21,471 bases of DNA from Nostoc sp. (GTDB lineage Bacteria; Cyanobacteriota; Cyanobacteriia; Cyanobacteriales; Nostocaceae). The stretch spans positions 1 through 21,471 of the forward strand of contig NZ_JBALGC010000105.1 of the NCBI RefSeq assembly GCF_036916575.1, written 5' to 3'. The position numbers and the translations under genes are program-made. Under the pieces are notes generated by a model. It made no database searches and was not told where the DNA came from. It saw nothing but the letters and a program-made list of their open reading frames with translations. This document shows positions 1 to 10,400 of this stretch, piece after piece (position 1 is the first letter of the stretch; every line of letters starts with the position of its first letter).

Positions 1-1400
1 CACCAAGCGTTTGTCTCCTGGTTGATACTCTTGAGCAATGACCGCACTTTCCTGAACTTGTGGGTGTTGAGTGAGTACAGCTTCGATTTCTCCTAGTTCA
101 ATGCGGAAACCTCGCACTTTGACTTGATGGTCGATGCGACCTAGAAACTCGACATTGCCGTCCGGTAAGTACCGAGCTAAGTCACCTGTTTTGTAAAGGC
201 GTGTTCCTGGTTCTTGAGAAAAAGGATCTGGAATAAAGACCTTAGCAGTTTGTTTTGGATTGTACAAATAGCCGCGACCATTACCGATACCTCCAACATA
301 TAATTCACCAACAACTCCAATTGGTATGGGTTGTAGCTGGGTATCAAGAACATATAAGCGCATATTTTGTACCGGACGACCAATCGGTGTAATAAACACA
401 TGTGCTGTAGGAGGTTGGTAGATCAGGTAGTGCGCTACATCGTCGGAACACTCAGTCGGACCATAGGCATTTAAGATGGGGATAGCTGGGTAATAGTCTA
501 ACCACCGACGAGATAAATTAGGCGGTAACACCTCACCAGTAAGTATCAATAAACGTAACTTGGGTAAGTTAGGTTGCTCTGGACGACTCACCTCTATCTC
601 TTCGAGCATCATCCGCAACAGTGATGGTACAATCTCAAGAAAGGATATTTCTTGGCACCTTATTTCTTTAAGAAGTTGTGCAGGGTCGCGAGCGACTTCA
701 TCGTTGAAAATGCAAACGCGGGCACCAATAAGTAGTGCAGCTAAAAATTGCCACACTGAGATATCAAAACTTTGATTGGCATTTTGCGCTACAGTATCGG
801 CATCTATTAACTTTAAATCCAAAATTTTTGCGTACAGATGATTTAACATCCCCCTATGTTCAATAGCCACCCCTTTTGGCATACCTGTCGAGCCAGAAGT
901 GTAGATTACATAAGCAAGATTTCTTGGGGTAACGGATACAGAAAGGTTTTCCTCAGACCGCTCTTGCTGCAATAACTCTTCGATGAGCAAGATCCGCACT
1001 TGTTGTTCTGAAGGTATTTTTTCCAGTGCTTGTGATAAAATAGGCGCAAACTTGCTGGTAGCCAGAACCAAGGAGGTTTTGCTTTGTGATAACACTTGGC
1101 GCAAACGTGGGGCTGAATGATATAAATCAAGTGGGAGGTAGGCACCACCAGCTTTAAATACTGCCATCATTGCGGTTAAGAAGTCGATGCTACGCTCGGC
1201 AAGCAAAGCGACAATAGTATCTGGTTTAACTCCTTGCTCCACCAAAAGCTTAGCTAGACGGTTGGCTCGACGGTTTAACTTCTCGTAAGTTAACTGTTGC
1301 TTTTCAAATGCTACCGCTACTGCATCGGGTGTTCTTTCTACCTGCTTCTCAAATAACTGATGGATACATTTGTTTTCGGGGTATATATTAATAGTGTCAT
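1..1400 (-). other. Domain: NRPS adenylation domain, truncated after core A8 by the window edge
   Basis: Motifs LTYEKLNRRANRLA, LAYVIYTSGSTGMPKG (874-921), FDISVWQ, NAYGPTE, GELYVGG, YKTGDLARYLPDGNVEFLGRIDHQVKVRGFRIELGEIE (last part 82-141). A9, A10 and the PCP are not in the window. Confidence 0.9.
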
Positions 1401-4400
1401 TCCATTGCACCAACAACTGATGGCGTTCTGCTTCACTTAATAGTGGTAATTCACTTACTTCTTGTGAAGGATTTTCTACAATCGCTTTACATAAGTTCTG
1501 GAAATGCCTTAACCAGCGGTTAATTGTTGCAGCATCAAACAAGTCTGTATTGTATATAAAATCTAAAACAAAATTATCATTTATTTGGGTAATATTTAAA
1601 TTAATATCGTAATCAGTAAAGCTAATTGGTTGAACGAACAAGTCTGTTTCCAATTCAAACATTTTTGGTATGGCTACAGGTCGCTCCATGTTAAATGTTG
1701 TCGATACAATAGAAGAAAGACTTATTTTGTTATTAGTTTTCAAATTTTCATATAAACTAATAAACGGATAATCTTGGTGTTCGTAGGCGTCTAATAATAC
1801 GTCTCTGATTTTTTTTACATGTTTCAAAAATGCTAAGTTACTGACTACTGGATTTCGTAAAAGTAGTAAATTAGAACAATATCCTATCAGCCCTTCACTT
1901 CCCAGAATTGAGCGTCCGCCATAAAGAATACCTACCACAATTTCATCTTGATTTGTTAACCGGGAAAGTAAAACAGTATACACTGTCAAAAAAGTCATAA
2001 ACAGAGTACAACCGTTTTGTGTACTTAGCTGCTTCAGTTGACGACAAAGATCGATATCAAGCTGTATCGTTTGCCTATTACCTCGATAAGTCTTTATCGG
2101 CGGGCGAAAACGATCAGTTGGTAGGTCTAAAACAGGAATTGATCCCGTAAATTTTGCTAACCAGTAAGATTCATGAACAGCCATTTTTTCTGTTTGAAGT
2201 TGCTGTTCACACCAACTGACGTATTCCCTGAATTGTTGAGGTGATGAGATCTGACAAACAACGCCCTGACACTCTGTTGAATACAATTGAGCTATTTCTT
2301 GTACAATAATGCTCATAGACCAGCCATCAGTAATAATATGATGCGCTATCAGAACTAGCAAATGTAGTTCCTCTTCTAGTTTAAGAATCTGAGCGCGAAA
2401 CATAGGTGGTGTAGCAAGGTCAAAAGGTTTTAAGTTTTCTTGTTCAAACCACTGTGTTACTTGAAAATCGCGATCACTTGCATCAGATAAATCAATTAGC
2501 GAAATATCTATCTTTAGAGATGGCAAAATTTGTTGAAAATTACCCTGACTGTCGATTTTTGTCCGTAAAGCCTCATGGCGGTCTACAACTTGCTGTACGG
2601 CTCGACTCATCGCTCCCAGATTTAATAAACCTTTTAACTGCAGACTGAGCGAGATTTTGTAAGCGAGCGTGCCATCGTCTCCCATCTGATCTAAAATCCA
2701 GAGTTGCTTTTGAGCCTTAGTTAAAGGAACTATGCCCTCAACTCCAGAATTTATTTCTTTAGTAGAAGATGTTGTCAAAGATGAAAGTATCTTTTTTTGG
2801 AGACTATTTTCTACTTTGTTATAGTGGTCTTGTAGATAATTGAAATTTTGGAAATTCTCCAAAACTTTACTATTTAATTGTACACTTTTAGGTGTTTTAT
2901 CAAGATTTAATACCTCATCTTTAGTCTGTACTAAATTACTAGATTGTTCTTGTACCTTTATTAAAGGGATTTGCCACTGTTTCTTATAGTGTTTTTTCAG
3001 TAAATTTAAATGAGATAATCCTTCTAATACAGAATCACTATCTACTCCAAAATCAACAAAGCAGGCAATTTCATCAACCCCAATTTCTATTAACTTGTTA
3101 ATGATAGGTAAACACAAAGAAGGAGTGCCGATAAGAGCACTTGTCTGTACATAACGCTCATAAGCTTTTGAAAGGATGTAATTAGTATCTTCCTGAGAAA
3201 TTTTTTCTACGTCTATTTTCAGCCCTTGGCTCTTCACTAAATTTTGAAAAATTCCAATAGTTGACTGTAGATAATTGTAAAAAGGTTGACGAGCTTTTTC
3301 GCGAACAGTATCAACGTTTTCTCCAACAAATGTGTGCAGTAAAACTGTTACATTACCTAATTCTGGATCATAACCGTGCTTAGACAGAGACTCGCGATAA
3401 AGAGATATGTTATGAGCCAAATCTTCAATAGTCTGCCCCATTAAGTTAGTTAAAACACCTGCGCCTATTTCACCTGCTTTTATATAGGTGTCTGGGTTAT
3501 TAACGATTGTGATCCAAATTGGCACATCAGGCTGCATTGGCATAGGAAAAAGCTTAACATTTATGTCGCTTCCTGCGCCGTCTCGAACTTGAAGTGATTC
3601 ACCCCGCCACAGTTTTTGCACTGTTTCAATTTCTTGAAACATCAGTTCGCGATGTTTACCGTAAGACTCTGGTGCAAACACAAAATCATTTGCATGCCAA
3701 CCGGAGGCAAAGGAAATTCCTACTCTGCCTTTTGATAAATTGTCAACTATTGACCACTCTTCAGCAACTCGGATCGGGTGATGTATTGGCAAGACAACGC
3801 TACCAGCACGTATTTGGATATGCTTCGTCTCTCTAGCAAGTGCTGCACCAATTACTGATGGATTTGGTGAAAATCCTCCAAAGGGATGAAAGTGACGTTC
3901 AGGTATCCACAAAGCTGTAAAACCCTGCTCATCAGCAAATTTTGCCCCTTCAAATAGGAGGTTATACTTGTTTGGATCAAATTCAGATTCATAGTTGCCG
4001 AAATAATACAGGCTAAAGGAAATTCCTTTGCTTGTATCTCGTTTTGCTCTTCTTACCGTATTTTGACTGAGATTGATATTGGGTTTATGAGTTCTTCTTC
4101 CCCAAAACCCTGGTTCTACTTGAGTAGCATTTGTAATTTCTGTGATACTCGTAGAAGGCATTGTAGTCATTTGTTGTAAAGTAGCAGCTTCAGGAGTAAA
4201 ACTTTCAGCTAAGAATGAATTCGTCGAATTGCTAGAAGATTCATTCAAGCTGAGTGAACTTTTGGGTAGAAAATCTCCTGCTTGCATTTGGGATATGCTA
4301 TCTTTTACAGCTTGAATTATATACTGAATATCGGCATCTGTATGCGCTGTGGACAAAAAACAATTTCGCCCTTCCCAAATATAAATTCCCTTTTCGAGCA

Positions 4401-7400
4401 AATGATAAAATAATAAGTCCATATTGCTCGAAAAAGCAAAACGGAACAACGAGCCAAAATAAACGATACGAATGGGTAAATTCTCGCCTTCAAAATAAGC
4501 ATTCAGCATGGCGGCTAACTTAGCTGTGCGCTGATTCAAATTCTCTTGCAAAGTAGATCCGCGCATCTTTATTTCTCTGAGGACAGCACTCGCAGTAGCT
4601 AGAGCTAGAGGATGTTTGCAGAAAGTGCCAGCAAAAAATGTCGTCTCTGCTTGAGGATAGGATGCATCTTCATAGTTCCACATGCCACCGTCAAGACTAT
4701 TCATATAAATAGCTTTACCAGCAACGACACCAATAGGCATTCCCCCCCCGACAATCTTGCCGTAGGTAGCAATATCTGCATCAATACCAAACCATGCTTG
4801 CGCTCCACCAGGATGAATGCGAAAACCAGTAATCATTTCATCAAATATCAATGCAATTCCCTTTTCTCGCGTTAATTGTCTCAGTTGGTGGAGAAATTCC
4901 CTCGGTTGGAAATCGGGTCGGCGGCTTTGTACTGGTTCGACTAAAACTGCTGCCAGTTCATGTGCGTGAGTTTCGAGTATCTCTAAGGAATGAGGATTGC
5001 CATAATCAAGTACTAAAACATCTACGACTGTATTCGATGTAATCCCTGGAGCAATTGGTACTACATTTAAATTATCATTTAAACTCTCATTGCTCGTTTG
5101 AGCCATTGCCAAAGTTCCATCAAAGTGACCGTGATAAGAACCAGTGAACAAAGCAATCTTTTGACGACCTGTAACTGTACGTGCCAAGCGCAGTGCTGTC
5201 ATCACCGCTTCGGTTCCAGAATTACAAAAAGTAATTCGTTCCATTCCCGTAAGTTGGCAAATTAACTGCGCTACCTCGAAAGCCAGACGGGTTTGGGGAC
5301 CAATTTGTATTCCTCGATCAACCTGCTTCTTTAAAGCGGTGATCGCAAAATCTGGCTGGTGTCCAAACAGATTTGCCCCAAATCCCATTGTCAAATCTAA
5401 GTACTCATTTCCATCGACATCCCAAATTCTCGAACCCTGAGAACGTTCTCCCACAATCGGGTATAGCATTTCTTTGGTAGAGAAACGAAAACCCGCCGAA
5501 GCCCTATTGTCTGCCAAAATTGGTCGATAGGTTTGCGTTAGTTGTTTTGAGGTTTGAGTGCGCTGAGTATAACGAATGATAAGATCTTCTAAGTGACGCT
5601 GTTGTTGCGGGTTGAGTCCTTGATGGCGAATTTCGCTAACTTTCCAAGGGGGCAAGGGCGAAAATGTTTCTTGAGCCATTGGTTTGGGTGGTGCTGGCTT
5701 GAGTGTCTCAACTGCGGGTTTTGAGTGTCCGTTGTGGGTAGAAAAATTGGGAACTGTGGATAAACCATTACCCCGCATCACTTCTAATTGCTGAGACATA
5801 AGCTGAAGCTGCTGCTGAATAATTGCTTCCATCGCTTTATTGGATCCCATCTGTTGCTCTACTGTCGCTCGCTCGCTTGGTTGTGATATTTGTGATCGCG
5901 ACAGTACCTCAGTTTCTGTCTCATTTAAAACAAAATCTTCTGGGACGATCTGCTCGTTTAGATAATTTGCTAAGGCATCAAGGGTCGTCAACTCCTCAAA
6001 TAATTGGCGAATAGTAATTTTTATTCCATAGGTTGCTTCAATTCTGTTAACTGCATCAATAAGAATTATAGAATCAGCGCCCATTTCTAAGAAAGGGACG
6101 TTTATATTCATCTCAGATGGTTCTATTTTAAATAAATTTACAACCAGAGTTCGCAAGGTTGTGAGAATTGTTTCTTTTTGGTTAGTTTTGGTAAATGTAG
6201 TCAAAGCAGGATTTAAACCGTTAGTAGCGATCGCGTTCGTCTTCATAGGTTTCTGGTTTGATATAGTGCTTTGGTCTTGAATCCAGTAGCGTTTTCTTTG
6301 GAAAGAATAGGTGGGAAGCGAAAGTATGCGACGTGAATAATCTCGATCAAATCCCAGCCAGTCAATCTTTACTCCGCTTATGTATAATGCAGATAAACTT
6401 TCCAGCATCACTCGCCAATCCTCTTTCTGCGGTGCTAGAGAAGGTAGCCAAACTGCCCTTTCCTCTTGTTGACAGCGTTTACCTAAGCTCGACAGGATTG
6501 GTTTGGGACTAATTTCTAAAAATAGTTCGTATCCTTGTGTGAATAGAGTTTTTATCCCTGCCATAAATTGCACTGTTTGGCGAGTGTGTTGTCGCCAATA
6601 TTTGGCATCGGGGATAAACTCAGAGTACATCATTTGCCCCGTCAAATTGGATATTAGGGGAATACTAGGAGCGCGAAATTGGATTTGACTGGTTTGTAAC
6701 TCAAAGGCATTCAAAATATCATCTATTAAAGGAGAGTGAAAGGCATGAGAAACTTTTAAGCTTCGAGTTTCAATTCCTCGTGCTTCCAAGGCATCAGCGA
6801 TTGAGGCGATCGCTGGTATACGCCCAGATATCGTAATATTTTTGGGGGCGTTGATGGCGGCGATCGCTACTTCTGAGGTGTAAGGTTGAATGGCTGTTGC
6901 TACTTGTGCTTCATCAGCAAATACAACTAGCATCTTACCTTGAGGAGGCAGTGTCTGCATCAATTTTGCCCGTTCGGAAATCAGTTTGAGTCCGTCTTCC
7001 AAGCTGAATACTCCCGCTACACATGCAGCGACATATTCACCCACACTATGACCCATAACTACATCTGGAATTATCCCCCATGATTTCCATAACTCAAAAA
7101 GTGCGTATTCTAAAGCAAATAATGCTGGTTGAGTATAAATTGTTTCATTTAGTAAAGAATCACTTTCTGATTCGGGATATAAAATTGATAATAGCGGTTT
7201 TTCCAAATAAGAAGACAGAATTTCTTGGCAGTGGTTTAAACAGTTGCGGAAAGTAGGTTGAGTTTGGTAAAGTTGTCGTCCCATCCCTAGATACTGGGAA
7301 CCCTGACCACTAAACAAAAAGGCAATTTTAGGAGACTTTTGACCAAGTGAGCGATTACTTGATACCTCAGAATTCTCCTTGCCAAGAATAAAAGCATTCA

Positions 7401-10400
7401 ATGCCGTTTGCAATTGCTGTCGTGATTCAACGATCACACTCAATCGATGCTCAAAATGCATTCGTCCAGTATTGGCTGTGAAGCAAACATTTGCTAAAGA
7501 CTCTTGAAGATTTTGTTCTAGATGAGTTTGATATTTTTCTACTAACTCCTGCAAAGCCGATTCATTTTTTGCCGAGAGAGTCAATAAATGTTTGGGGCGT
7601 TCGCGTAGCGATTCCTGTAGAGAATCCCTTTCTGTAATAGAAAGGAAAGGATTGGAAATAGGTGCTTCTTGCAAAATTATATGAGCATTAGTGCCGCCAA
7701 AGCCGAATGAAGATACACCAGCAAGACGTTGCTCTTTATCATGTAACCACGGCTGAAATTCTGTAGCGATCGACAATGAAGTGCTTTCAAGAGAAATATG
7801 AGGATTTATCTGTTTTAAATGTAGATGAGGAAACTTCTCTTTATGAAGTAAAGATAGCACTACTTTAATTAAACCAGCAATACCGGCAGCAGCCTCTAAA
7901 TGACCTATATTGGTTTTAACGGAGCCAATCGTGCATAATTGTCGATGCGAACATTCCTGAGTAAACACTTCTTTAAGAGAATTCAGTTCTATGGTGTCTC
8001 CTAAAAAAGTGCCAGTACCATGAGTTTCTACATAACTGATTTGTGCTGATGTTACACCAGCATTGGCTAAAGCTTGACGAATGACCGCTTGTTGAGCAGC
8101 ACCGTTAGGAGCTGTAAGTCCATTACTGCGACCATCTTGATTGACTGCCGAACCTTTAATGATCGCCAGAATTTTATCTCCATCTCTAAGCGCGTCAGAC
8201 AGACGTTTGAGAACCACTACACCACAACCTTCTCCACGAACGTAACCATCCGCATTCGTATCGAAGGTTTTACAGCGACCGTCAGCAGCCATCATTCCTG
8301 CTTGATCGAAAGAGATAGTCAGTTGGGGAGTGAGAATGAGATTGACTCCTCCAGCTAATGCTAGCTCGCATTCTCCTTGGCGCAAGCTTTGAGAAGCCTG
8401 ATGAACTGCCACTAGAGATGAAGAGCAGGCTGTATCTACTGCCCAGCTTGGACCCCGCAAATCTAGAAGATAAGATAGGCGATTAGCGGCAATACTAAAA
8501 GCATTACCAGTTCCAAAATAGGCATCCAATCTAGTCTTCAAGTCGAACTGTAATTGAGAATAATCAAAGTTGCTGATGCCAAAGAAAACCCCAGTCTGAC
8601 TTCCTGCTAACTTATCTGGTGCCTTCCCAGCGTGTTCTAGAGCTTCCCAGCTTACTTCTAGTAGCAGACGCTGTTGGGGATCCATACTTTCTGCTTCACG
8701 CGGGGATATTCCAAAAAACTGCGGGTCGAACTGATCCACTTGCTCCAAAAAACCACCATAGCAAGCATAGTTGTCCCAACGCGATGCGGGTACCTCGGCG
8801 ATCGCATCGACTCCGTTGCGTAATAGCTGCCAGAAAGCATCTGGATTGTTGGCTTTTGGGAAACGACAACCCATTCCAACGATCGCGATCTCTTCAGTTT
8901 CTTTCCTGCTTTCAGTTTTAATTTGTTGGGGAGCAAAACCTTCAGAAGCAGAAGTTTCATCTGCTAGATGTCGAGCCAAGCCTTCAAGGGTAGGATAATC
9001 GTATAGTAAGGTGGGAGAAAATTCGCGTCCAAGCCATTCTTGTAGTTCGCCCGAAATTCTTACTGCTGCCAGAGAATTTAAACCGTATTGAGCTAGAGGT
9101 TGGCGAATATCTATCTCCACAGGTGATACTTGCAGATATTCGCCAATTTTTGCCAGTAACCAAGCTTCAATCGCCTCTACACTTTTAGATTTTGGTAGAT
9201 CGTTGAGTCCTGGTAGGCGATCATTTGTACTCTCTGAAGAGTTGGCTGACAAATTATCCGTTTGCAGTTTTTGCCACAGGGATTCTATTTCTGATTCCAG
9301 ATGCCGAAAATGGTTTTTGTATTGGGGATTTACACTCCAATCTGCCAATACATCCAAACTGCCAGCCAGAAAACCTTCTCGACAAGCCCTACGCCGCACT
9401 TTCCCAGAAGAAGTTTTTGGAAGCGTTCCAGTTTTGAGGAGCAAAATCGCGTAAGCTTGTAAATCGTGCTCTTCTGCCACTGCTTTGCGAATTGCCGCGA
9501 TCACATCATTGCCATTTAACTTCCGCAGGTGAGTTCGTTCTACCTCTTGGACGATCACCAATTGTTCTACACCAGCAATTTCGACAGAAAAAACCGCTCC
9601 ACAACTAGGACGCAGTGCTGGGTGGCTTTGTTCTACTGTTAGTTCGATATCTTGAGGATAATGATTGCGACCCAAGATAATAATCAAATCTTTCAACCGA
9701 CCCGTAACAAATAGCTCGCCATCCTGCAAAAACCCTAAATCTCCGGTGCGTAGATACGGTTCTTCATCCCTGTCAAGATAAGCATGAAAAGTATCTTTTG
9801 TCTGCGATGGTTGATTCCAGTAGCCACTAGCCACACTCGGACTAAATACCCAAATCTCTCCCACTTGTCCATCTGTAAGCCGAGTTAAAGATTCGGGTTC
9901 AACAATTGCGATTTTTGTATCCGACCAACTCCGACCACAGCCGACAATTTTTTGAATATTCGAGCGAGCGTCAGTCGCAACTATTGCTTTGTTTTTTTCG
10001 AGAGCAGTTCCCTCAATTTGGCAAATTACTGGAGGTTGCGTTTTCAAGCCTCCAGAGATAAATAAAGTTGTCTCAGCCATCCCATAGCAGGGATAAAATG
10101 CTTCGTGGCGAAAGCCGCAATCGGCGAAAGTGCTAGTAAAACGCTCTAGTGTGTCGGCTCGGATTGGTTCGGCTCCGCTAAAAGCCACTTCCCAACTACT
10201 TAGATCGAGTTGATCGCGCTGTTCGGAAGTAATTTGGCGAACGCAAAGCTCGTAAGCAGAATTAGGACCTCCACTAGTAGTTGCCTTATAGCGTGAAATT
10301 GCCTGTAGCCAGCGAATTGGTTTTTGCAGAAATGCTACAGGCGACATGAGAAAACACGGTATTCCCAAATATAGGGGCTGTAACACATTGCCAACTAGTC

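Noticed and set aside
8619-8998. Three overlapping 75-100 aa ORFs (8619-8921 +, 8658-8960 -, 8771-8998 +). Similar track ORFs exist throughout 177-9454.
   Set aside because: They lie antisense to, or out of frame with, the strongly supported KS/ACP coding frame of the megasynthase. Their sequences are low-complexity with no recognisable motifs. They are shadow ORFs of a long gene.
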